NCBI GenBank assembly: GCA_031366795.1
Contig: JANLOX010000153.1
Coordinates: 1 to 11,253, forward strand
From: Candidatus Eiseniibacteriota bacterium
Lineage (GTDB): Bacteria > Eisenbacteria > RBG-16-71-46
Direction of reading: 5' to 3'
Length of the DNA: 11,253 nucleotides
Part shown: piece by piece, positions 1 to 7,174 of the stretch
Numbering within the stretch: position 1 is the first letter of the stretch
How the letters are laid out: every line of letters starts with the position of its first letter
The notes under the pieces: generated by a model
Databases searched by the model: none
Told to the model about the DNA's origin: nothing
What the model saw: the letters and a program-made list of their open reading frames with translations, nothing else
Position numbers and translations under genes: made by a program

Positions 1-1233
1 CTGGTCGGCTCGGAAGTGTTGCGCATCGCCGCCGAAGTGCGCGCGCTGATCGCCGCGGGCCAACCGGTGTGCAACCTCACCGTGGGCGACTTCGACTCGG
101 CCGAGTTCCCCGCGCCCGCCGCGCTGGTCAAGGGCGTGCACGATGCGTTGAACGCGGGGCACACGAACTACCCGCCCTCGAATGGCGTGCTTGAGTTGCG
201 CCAGGCGGTGAGCCGCTACTACGCGCGCGAGTTCAAGCTCGACTATCCCGTCGAGTCGGTGCTGATCGCCGGGGGTGCCCGGCCCTTGATCTACGCGACC
301 TATCTCGCGCTGGTGGACCCGGGCGAGGCGGTGGCCTACCCGGTGCCGTCATGGAACAACAACCACTACTGCTACTTGAGCGGTGCCCGCGGCATCCAGA
401 TCGAAGTCTCGCGCGCCTCGCGCTTCCACCCCACCGTCGAGCAGGTGCGGGCATTGCTGCCGCAAATCCGCCTGCTCGCGATCAACACTCCGCTCAATCC
501 CACCGGCACGGCGATCGACCCTAAGGTGCTCGAGGGCATCTGCGTGGCGTTGGTCGAGGAAAACGACCGCCGCCGTGAACGTGGCGAGCGGCCGGCGTTC
601 CTGATGTTCGACGCGGTCTACTGGTCGCTCGAGTTCGGCCGCATGGAACCTGTGAGCCCGGTGGGGCTCGTGCCCGAGTGCGCGCCGTACGTCGTGATGC
701 TCGACGCGATTTCCAAGTCGCTCGCGGCGACGGGCATGCGCGTGGGCTGGTCGGTGGCAGCGCCCGCGGTGAGCCAGCGGATGTCGGACCTGCTGGGCCA
801 CGTCGGCGCCTGGGCGCCCAAGGCGGAGCAGATCGCCACGGCCAAGTTCATTGACGATGCTGCCGCCTTCCGTGCCTTCCGGCTCGAGATGCACCAGCGC
901 CTGTCCGAGCGGCTGAACCTCGCCCACGCCGGCATCCAGCGGCTCAAGACGAACGGGCTCGCCGTCGATTGCGTGACGCCCGAAGGCACGCTGTACTTGT
1001 CGGCGCGCTTCGACCTGTTTGGCCGGATCGTCGATGGCAAGAAGCTCGAGACCAATGAAGACATTCGCCGCGTGCTGTTGCAGCGCGCCGGTGTCGCGGT
1101 GGTGCCGTTCCAAGCATTCGGTCTCGCGCGCGAGGACGGTTGGTTCCGCCTGTCGGTCGGCGGCGCCACGACGGCGGCGATCGCGGCGGGGATCGCCCGG
1201 CTCGAAACGCTGTTCGGCTCGCTCGGCTCGTGA
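1..1233 (+). CDS. PLP-dependent aminotransferase class I/II (aspartate aminotransferase-like), 5'-truncated
   Basis: The frame is open from base 1 (LVGSEVLRIAAEVR...), so the start probably lies upstream of the window. Motifs: NLTVGDFD, YPPSNGVLELR, NTPLNPTG, DAVY, SKSLAATGMRVGW (PLP lysine) and C-terminal FRLS. Stop TGA 1231-1233. Confidence 0.92.
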   Translation: MVGSEVLRIAAEVRALIAAGQPVCNLTVGDFDSAEFPAPAALVKGVHDALNAGHTNYPPSNGVLELRQAVSRYYAREFKLDYPVESVLIAGGARPLIYATYLALVDPGEAVAYPVPSWNNNHYCYLSGARGIQIEVSRASRFHPTVEQVRALLPQIRLLAINTPLNPTGTAIDPKVLEGICVALVEENDRRRERGERPAFLMFDAVYWSLEFGRMEPVSPVGLVPECAPYVVMLDAISKSLAATGMRVGWSVAAPAVSQRMSDLLGHVGAWAPKAEQIATAKFIDDAAAFRAFRLEMHQRLSERLNLAHAGIQRLKTNGLAVDCVTPEGTLYLSARFDLFGRIVDGKKLETNEDIRRVLLQRAGVAVVPFQAFGLAREDGWFRLSVGGATTAAIAAGIARLETLFGSLGS

Positions 1234-1532
1234 CCGCGCACGCCGCCACGGTCACGAAGACGTCACCGGCGGCGGAGACGCGCGAGCAGGCGCTGACCTT
1301 GCCGCCGTGGCATGTCATCGTGCATGACGACCCGGTGAACCTGATGAGCTGGGTCACGCTGGTGCTGACGAAACTGTTCGGCTACTCGCGCGCCCATGCC
1401 GAGCGGCTGATGCTCGAAGTCCACCAGCTGGGCCGCTCGATCGTGTGGACCGGCGAGTTCGAGCGCGCCGAGGGCTACGTGCGCGAACTGCACGGCTGCC
1501 ATCTGTTGGCGACCCTCGAGCAGGCGGAGTAG
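1230..1532 (+). CDS. clpS: ATP-dependent Clp protease adaptor ClpS (actinobacterial-type sequence), ~100 aa
   Basis: PWHVIVHDDPVNLMSWVTLVLTKLFGYSRAHAERLMLEVHQLGRSIV matches the ClpS core (DD...M, MLxVH). GTG at 1230 overlaps the aminotransferase stop (GTGA) and is in frame with track ORF 1140..1532. Confidence 0.93.
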   Translation: MTAHAATVTKTSPAAETREQALTLPPWHVIVHDDPVNLMSWVTLVLTKLFGYSRAHAERLMLEVHQLGRSIVWTGEFERAEGYVRELHGCHLLATLEQAE

Positions 1533-1537
1533 CCGAA

Positions 1538-2020
1538 ATGCTGAGGCTTAAGTCCATCGAGGGCGATCTCGTGTTGCTGGAAGGCGTCGATCGCGCGCTG
1601 GCGTTCTGCCTGCGCCAGGTTCCGGCAATCCTCGCCCGCCGCGACCAGGTCACCTCGCGCGAGCGCTTCTACCCCGACGCCATCCCCACCGACTTAGGCC
1701 GCAACGCCGAATGGCACCGCCTGATGGGCGACGACCTGCGCCACCTTTTCGAAGCCGCGGCACAGACTTACGCGCGCGACCTCGAAGCACTCGATCTCCA
1801 CCGCGAGGAGGTCCGCTTCCCCGCCGCGCACCTCAAGGCGTGGATGAACGCCGTCAACCAGGCGCGGCTGGTGCTGTCCGAGGAGCACCAGTTAGAGGCG
1901 GCCGACATGCAGCGGGACGACTTTGCCGCAGGCTCGCAGAGAGATGCCGCGTTGCTGCACGTGCAGCTGCTCGGTTATGTGCTCCAGGTGCTGGTCGAGC
2001 ACACCATGGGCCCGGCTTGA
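1538..2020 (+). CDS. DUF2017-family protein (usual clpS neighbour), 160 aa
   Basis: ATG 1538 with GGAG at 1526-1529. RFYPDA...AEWHRLMGDDLR and AWMNAVNQARLVL resemble DUF2017 motifs (RLFPDA, EFRRL..dL, AWL.ALNdlRLvL). Lies directly after clpS. Confidence 0.75.
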   Translation: MLRLKSIEGDLVLLEGVDRALAFCLRQVPAILARRDQVTSRERFYPDAIPTDLGRNAEWHRLMGDDLRHLFEAAAQTYARDLEALDLHREEVRFPAAHLKAWMNAVNQARLVLSEEHQLEAADMQRDDFAAGSQRDAALLHVQLLGYVLQVLVEHTMGPA

Positions 2021-2103
2021 GGCAGCGCTAACCTCCCAGCGATTTGCGGTGCAAGAGGTTGGGAGTAGGTTCCGCAGCCCGCGGCGCGGAATTATCCTGC
2101 GCT

Positions 2104-2132
2104 CGGGAACCTTGTTCCCGCATTCGACGTAA
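2104..2132 (+). promoter_or_regulatory. Candidate ECF-sigma promoter (GGAAC-N17-CGTAA) overlapping a perfect inverted repeat CGGGAAC-ctt-GTTCCCG
   Basis: GGAAC at 2106-2110, CGTAA at 2128-2132, spacer 17 nt. 7-bp IR at 2104-2110/2114-2120. Lies upstream of the adaptor gene (GGAG 2183-2186, ATG 2197). Confidence 0.45.
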
Positions 2133-2196
2133 TGCCCTTGCGAGGTACGCCCCAAGCGCAAGACATTGGCAATAGAGAAACTGGAGACCCATCCCC

Positions 2197-3462
2197 ATGA
2201 AGAAGAAGCCGCTGTTGATTGGTGTCGCCGTCCTGGTCGTCGTTGCTTTGGGTGCCGGAGCAGCCATGCGCGGCCGCGGCCAAAAGCCGCTCGAGGTCCA
2301 GACCGCCAAAGTGGACCGGCAACGCATCGTCCAGAAGGTCAGCGCCACGGGCAAGATCCAACCCAAGACCCAGGTCGAGATCAGCGCCGACGTGAGCGCC
2401 AAGATCATCAAGCTGCCCGTCGTCGAGGGGCAGTGGGTCGAAAAGGGGACGCTGCTGGTCAGCCTCGATCGAGAGCGCTACCTCGCTGCGGTCGAGAGCG
2501 CCGAGGCCAATGTCAGCTCCGCGCGGGCCAACGCCACGCTGGTGCGCGAGAACATGATTCGCACCGAGAAGGAGTTCGCGCGGTCCAAGGAATTGCTGGC
2601 GGGCGCCAACGAGTCGCAGTCGGCGTACGAGTCGAAGTCCGCCGCCTACCAGGTCGAGGTCGCTCGCTACAAGTCGACGCAGGACCAGGTCGCGCAGGCC
2701 TCGGCCTCGCTCAAGCAATCGCGCGACGACCTGAAGAAGACCACGATCTACGCGCCGATGTCGGGCACGGTCAGTGCGCTGAACAAGGAGCAGGGAGAGA
2801 TCGCGCTGGGATCGCAATTCCAGAAGGACGTGATCATGGTGATCGCCGACCTGACCGAGATGGAAGCGCGCGTCAACGTGGACGAGAACGACATCGGGAA
2901 GATCGCGGTGGGCCAGAAGGCGGAGATCGAAGTCGACGCCATGCTCGACCATCCACTGGCCGGCGTCGTCTCGGAGATCTCGAGCAGCGCCAACGCGGCA
3001 GGCCAGGGCAGCACGGACCAGAAGACGGAGTTCGAGATCAAGATCGCCGTCACGGGTCCGCCGAAGACGCTGCGCCCGGGGATGACGGCGAGCGCCGATG
3101 TGGTCACCAGGACGGAAGACAATGCGCTGAGCGTGCCGATCCAGAGCGTCGGCGTGCGCGCGATCGACCAGTTGACCGCGAAGGGCCAGAAGCGCAAGGA
3201 CGCCGAAAGCCATTACAAAGCCGACAAGGACGGCTTCGTCGAGGTCGTGTTCTGCATCGAGAACGGCAAAGCCGTGGCGAAGCAGGTCAAGACCGGAATC
3301 CAGAGCGACGACCTGATCGAGATCGTGGACGGCGTGAAGCAGGGCGACGAAATCGTCACCGGCAGTTATCGCGCGATCTCCAAGGATCTCGTGAACGGCG
3401 CCGTGGTCACCATCGGCAAGGGTGACGCGATGAAGGATCCCAAGGAAATGAAGGCGAGCTAG
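2197..3462 (+). CDS. Efflux periplasmic adaptor / membrane fusion protein (MacA/HlyD/YknX-like)
   Basis: N-terminal KKK plus hydrophobic anchor, SATGKIQP, lipoyl-like halves (ISADVSAKIIKLPVVEGQWVEKGTLL; TIYAPMSGTV), a coiled-coil hairpin, VDENDIGKI..GQ, LRPGMTA and C-terminal VKTGI...GVKQGDEIV. Confidence 0.93.
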   Translation: MKKKPLLIGVAVLVVVALGAGAAMRGRGQKPLEVQTAKVDRQRIVQKVSATGKIQPKTQVEISADVSAKIIKLPVVEGQWVEKGTLLVSLDRERYLAAVESAEANVSSARANATLVRENMIRTEKEFARSKELLAGANESQSAYESKSAAYQVEVARYKSTQDQVAQASASLKQSRDDLKKTTIYAPMSGTVSALNKEQGEIALGSQFQKDVIMVIADLTEMEARVNVDENDIGKIAVGQKAEIEVDAMLDHPLAGVVSEISSSANAAGQGSTDQKTEFEIKIAVTGPPKTLRPGMTASADVVTRTEDNALSVPIQSVGVRAIDQLTAKGQKRKDAESHYKADKDGFVEVVFCIENGKAVAKQVKTGIQSDDLIEIVDGVKQGDEIVTGSYRAISKDLVNGAVVTIGKGDAMKDPKEMKAS

Positions 3463-3515
3463 CCGATGGCGGGCCGCCCGGCGCGCCCCGCCGCAATGAA
3501 AGGACGTCGAGCGCC

Positions 3516-4754
3516 ATGAAGTGGACGGTGGCATTACGCGAGTCGATGGAGATCGCCTTCAGCGCGCTGCGCGCCAACAAGGCGCGCGGAGCACTCACCA
3601 CGCTCGGCATCATCATCGGCATCGTCGCCGTCGTGCTCACCATGACCGCGGTCAATGGGCTGCAGAACAAGTTCCGCGAGAGCTTCTCCGCGGTCGGCGC
3701 CGATGTCATCTACGTTTCGCGCATGCCGTGGGTGGTGATGGACGACTTCTTCAAGTACCGCAATCGCCCCGGCATTGCGCTGCGCGAGGCCCGCGCCATG
3801 GAAGACCGCTTCCAGGGCAAGGCGATCGTCAATCCCTCGATGGACACCCAGCGCGACGTCAAGTTCCACGACGAGACGATGGAGAACGTGCGCATCATCG
3901 GCACCACCGAAAAGCAGTCAGTGATGAGCACGGCGATGCCCTCGAGCGGACGTTTCCTGTTGGCCTACGACGTCGCCTCCAGGAAGCCGGTGTGCGTCAT
4001 CGGCTCCGAAGTACAGACGGGTGTGTTCGGCTCGCTCAACCCCTTGAACAAGCAGCTGCGCATCGGGCGCACGGACTTCCGCGTCATCGGCGTGATGGAG
4101 AAACAGGGCGGCAACTTCGGCGGGGGCCCAAACTTCGACCGCCAGATTTTCATCCCGATCTCCTCGTTCGAGAAGGCGTTCGCGAACGGCCGCGGGCACC
4201 AGGACGTCAACATCGCCGTCAAGGCGCCGAACCAGGAAGCACTCGCCGACCTCGAGTACACCGTCACCGGTGAGATGCGCAAGATCCGCAAGCTGCGCCC
4301 CACCGAGACCGACAACTTCTCGATCAACAAGCTCGACACGCTGGTCGGCACCTTCAACAAGCTGATGGGTGTGGTGCTGCTGGTGGGACTCGCGGTGACG
4401 AGTATCTCGCTGTTCGTGGGCGCGGTGGGGGTGATGAACATCATGTTCGTCACCGTGACCGAGCGCACGCGCGAGATCGGCGTGCGCAAGGCGATTGGCG
4501 CGACGAAGCGCAGCATTCTGTTCCAGTTCTTATGCGAGTCCTCGGCCATCGGATTACTCGGCGGCAGTATCGGTATCGTGATCGCCACACTGCTCACGGC
4601 GGTGCTCAACGCCACCGTGATGCCGGCCTCGGTGTCGTGGCCGATCGTGCTGGTCGCCGTCACCGTGTCGATCGGCGTCGGCATCGTGGCCGGCGTGCTC
4701 CCGGCCTACCGTGGCGCGCGGCTCGATCCGATCGAAGCGCTGCGCTATGAATAG
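3516..4754 (+). CDS. MacB/FtsX-family ABC transporter permease (no NBD), paralog 1
   Basis: ALRANKARGALTTLGIIIGIVAVV (TM1), a large periplasmic domain with GRF..., GVMNIMFVTVTERTREIGVRKAIGA, and C-terminal PAYRGARLDPIEALRYE. AAGGA precedes the start. Confidence 0.95.
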   Translation: MKWTVALRESMEIAFSALRANKARGALTTLGIIIGIVAVVLTMTAVNGLQNKFRESFSAVGADVIYVSRMPWVVMDDFFKYRNRPGIALREARAMEDRFQGKAIVNPSMDTQRDVKFHDETMENVRIIGTTEKQSVMSTAMPSSGRFLLAYDVASRKPVCVIGSEVQTGVFGSLNPLNKQLRIGRTDFRVIGVMEKQGGNFGGGPNFDRQIFIPISSFEKAFANGRGHQDVNIAVKAPNQEALADLEYTVTGEMRKIRKLRPTETDNFSINKLDTLVGTFNKLMGVVLLVGLAVTSISLFVGAVGVMNIMFVTVTERTREIGVRKAIGATKRSILFQFLCESSAIGLLGGSIGIVIATLLTAVLNATVMPASVSWPIVLVAVTVSIGVGIVAGVLPAYRGARLDPIEALRYE

Positions 4755-4777
4755 GTCCGCTTCAGGAAAGGTTCGCC

Positions 4778-6025
4778 ATGCGGCTGTCTGACACGCTGTC
4801 GATGTCGCTCAATGCGATCCTCGCCAACAAGCTGCGCTCGTTCCTGACGCTCGTCGGCATCGTGGCAGGTGTCGCCTCGATCATCGCGGTGATGACGGCG
4901 ATCTCCGTCGTGCAGGGCGCGATGGAGCGCGAGATGAGCGTGCTCGGCGGGCAGACCTTCCAGATCCAGAAGTGGCCCGCCGGCGGGTTCGCCTCGCAGG
5001 CCAAGCGCGCCAAGGCCATGCGCCGCCCCGCGATCACGCTCGCCAATGCGCAGGCGATCCGCGACCAGGTCAGCAGCGTCGACCTCGTAGGATCCGAGTT
5101 GTGGGACTTCGGCTACGTGGTCAAGTACCGTGGCGAATCGACGAACCCGAACGTCTCGATCTGCGGCGGCACGCCCGAGTACCCCACGAACAACACCCAC
5201 TATGTCGGCACCGGCCGCAACATCTCGGAGATGGACGTGCGGGCCGCGCGCCATGTCGCGGTGATCGGCTACGGGATCGGCAAGAAGTTGTTCCCGTTCA
5301 TCGATCCGATCGGCAAGGAAATCCGGCTCGACGGCCGCAAGTACGAAGTGATCGGCGTGTTCGACGAGAAGAAGTCCGCGTTCGGCGGCAGCTACGACAA
5401 CTATGTGCTGATCCCCGTCTCGACGTTCACGAGCATCTACGGCCTCAAGGACCGTCAGGGGTTCGACCGCTCAGTCAACATCACCATTCGCGCCAAGACA
5501 CCGGCGCTGATGGCGGACGCCATCGAGGAGTCGCGCCGTGTCCTGCGGCACGCCCGTGGCGTCAAGGCGGGCGAGGAAGACAACTTCGATTTCTTCAACA
5601 GCGAGACGCAGATCAACCAGTTCAACAAGATGAGCCAGGGCGTGAAGCTCGGCGCGTTCCTGATCGGCATGGTGGCGCTGATCGTCGCGGGGATCGGCAT
5701 CATGAACATCATGCTGGTCGCCGTGACCGAGCGCACGCGCGAGATCGGCATTCGCAAGGCCCTGGGTGCCAGACCTAAGAGCATCATGATGCAGTTCCTG
5801 TTCGAGGCCGTGACGCTGTGCAATATCGGCGGGCTGATCGGCGTCGTCATTGGCTTCATGCTCGGCAACGTCGTGGTGATCTTCACGCACTTCGACGCCA
5901 CGGTGCCGCTGCAGTGGGCGGTGATCGGGCTGCTGTTCTGCTCGGCGGTTGGGGTCGGGTTTGGGTTCCTGCCCGCCATGCGCGCTGCAAAACTCAATCC
6001 AATTGAGGCCCTGCGCTGGGAGTAG
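4778..6025 (+). CDS. MacB/FtsX-family ABC transporter permease (no NBD), paralog 2
   Basis: ANKLRSFLTLVGIVAGVASII, GIGIMNIMLVAVTERTREIGIRKALGA and PAMRAAKLNPIEALRWE. Starts 23 nt after paralog 1. Confidence 0.95.
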   Translation: MRLSDTLSMSLNAILANKLRSFLTLVGIVAGVASIIAVMTAISVVQGAMEREMSVLGGQTFQIQKWPAGGFASQAKRAKAMRRPAITLANAQAIRDQVSSVDLVGSELWDFGYVVKYRGESTNPNVSICGGTPEYPTNNTHYVGTGRNISEMDVRAARHVAVIGYGIGKKLFPFIDPIGKEIRLDGRKYEVIGVFDEKKSAFGGSYDNYVLIPVSTFTSIYGLKDRQGFDRSVNITIRAKTPALMADAIEESRRVLRHARGVKAGEEDNFDFFNSETQINQFNKMSQGVKLGAFLIGMVALIVAGIGIMNIMLVAVTERTREIGIRKALGARPKSIMMQFLFEAVTLCNIGGLIGVVIGFMLGNVVVIFTHFDATVPLQWAVIGLLFCSAVGVGFGFLPAMRAAKLNPIEALRWE

Positions 6026-6147
6026 CGGCGGCCCCGGAACCCCGATTGCTGCGTTGGCCGCGTCGCTCCTCGCTGCGACGTATCTACGATACGTCTCACT
6101 CGTCACTCCTTGCCGCCTTGCACTCGGAGTTCCGGGGCCGCCGCTTA
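6023..6147. repeat. ERIC/IRU-like palindromic intergenic element (possible MITE), ~125 bp
   Basis: Perfect 17-bp terminal inverted repeat at 6024-6040/6129-6145 (AGCGGCGGCCCCGGAAC), extending imperfectly inward. Central 8-bp hairpin GACGTATC-tac-GATACGTC at 6077-6095. TA at both ends. The minus strand contains AAGGCGGCAAG-GAGTGA and ACGCGGCCAACGCA. Confidence 0.8.
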
Positions 6148-7137
6148 CCTCTGTCGCGCCAATACTTTCCGCTCCGAGTCGCTGACAAACGCCATCGCCA
6201 GCGCGTGCTGCTGCGCGAGGCGCGTGTGCGAAGCGCTCAGGCCCGCCGCGGGAGCCGCGACTTCGAACTCGTGATGCAGGTCGATGCCGCTGATGGCGGG
6301 GTCATCGGTGTTGATGTTCGCCACGATCCCGAAGTCGAGGTAGCGCTTGAGCGGGTGCGCCTCGAAGCTCGGCACCGAACTCGTCTGCACGTTGCTGGTG
6401 AGGTTCGCCTCGATGCTGATGCCGTGATCACGCAAGTGTTCCATCAGCGCCAAATCCTCGAATGCGCGCACACCGTGGCCGATACGCTCGGCGCCCAGGT
6501 CTTGGACGGCGCTCCAGATGCTGGGCGATCCCGCCGCTTCACCCGCGTGCACCGTCGTGCGCCAGCCGGCGTCACGGGCACGGCGGAAGTGCTCCTTGAA
6601 CAACGCGGCCGGGAATGCGACCTCGTCCCCCGCCAGGTCCAGCGCGACGAGGGACTCGCGTTGGGACAGCAGCGCGTCCAGTTCCTGGGTCGCGACCTGT
6701 GGCCCGTAGGTCCGGCTCAGGATGCCGATCAGCCCCACGCCGACGCCGAACTCCCGCCGCCCTGCGGCGACACCGTCGACGATCGCCTCGGTCACCGCAG
6801 CCGGATCGAGCCCGTGGCGCTCGGCCATGAACCACGGGCTGAAGCGTAGCTCGAGGTAGGCAATGCCTTCGCGATGCGCGTCCTCGACGTTCTCGTAGGC
6901 GATGCGCCGGCACGCCTCGGCGCTCACCAACACCTCCAGCAGCCAGCGAAACCGCGCGAGAAAGTCCATCAGCCCGGGCGTGGTGCCCGAAACCTGGACG
7001 TGCGGTCGGAAGCTCTCAAGATCATTGGCGGGCAGCTCGATTCCGTGTTCGCGCGCCAGCTCGAGCACCGTTTCGAGGCGCAGGCTGCCGTCCAAGTGGC
7101 GGTGCAAGTCGATCAGTGGCAACGAGCGGTCGATCAT
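6145..7137 (-). CDS. add: Adenosine deaminase, 330 aa
   Basis: Starts MIDRSLPLIDLHRHLDGS, like the E. coli Add N-terminus. Metal/catalytic motifs HRHLDG, YLELRFSP, DLAGDE, HAGE, RIGHG, TSN and NTDDP are present. The track ORF extension to 7389 is not supported. Confidence 0.95.
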   Translation of the reverse strand: MIDRSLPLIDLHRHLDGSLRLETVLELAREHGIELPANDLESFRPHVQVSGTTPGLMDFLARFRWLLEVLVSAEACRRIAYENVEDAHREGIAYLELRFSPWFMAERHGLDPAAVTEAIVDGVAAGRREFGVGVGLIGILSRTYGPQVATQELDALLSQRESLVALDLAGDEVAFPAALFKEHFRRARDAGWRTTVHAGEAAGSPSIWSAVQDLGAERIGHGVRAFEDLALMEHLRDHGISIEANLTSNVQTSSVPSFEAHPLKRYLDFGIVANINTDDPAISGIDLHHEFEVAAPAAGLSASHTRLAQQHALAMAFVSDSERKVLARQR

Positions 7138-7145
7138 GGGCCGCC

Positions 7146-7174
7146 ACTTTACGCGCAGCCGAATGAGACTCCAA
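7146..7174 (-). promoter_or_regulatory. Candidate sigma70-type promoter for a leaderless or near-leaderless add mRNA
   Basis: Minus strand reads TTGGAG (7174-7169), 17 nt, TAAAGT (7151-7146), 8 nt, ATG (7137). No clear Shine-Dalgarno before add. Confidence 0.45.

Noticed and set aside
1140..1229. Longer starts for clpS (1140) and DUF2017 (1445)
   Set aside because: Both overlap the upstream genes extensively. The GTGA coupling at 1230 and the SD+ATG at 1538 are better supported.
2107..2117. GAAC...GTTC as a Gram-positive LexA (SOS) box
   Set aside because: The spacer is 3 nt rather than the required 4.
2092..3534. Long antisense or alternate-frame ORFs (480 aa minus, 419 aa plus; likewise 349..1113, 6046..6849, 9775..11118, 10577..11248)
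   Set aside because: Shadow ORFs typical of high-GC DNA. They overlap well-supported genes and show no recognisable motifs.
4453..5749. 29-bp exact direct repeat CCGTGACCGAGCGCACGCGCGAGATCGGC at 4453-4481 and 5721-5749
   Set aside because: It encodes the conserved VTERTREIG motif in the two paralogs, so protein conservation plus codon bias explains it.
6023..6147. Palindrome as a CRISPR repeat, tRNA, attC site or simple intrinsic terminator
   Set aside because: Single copy with no spacers, no cloverleaf, no convincing RYYYAAC/GTTRRRY ends, and no U-tract on either strand.
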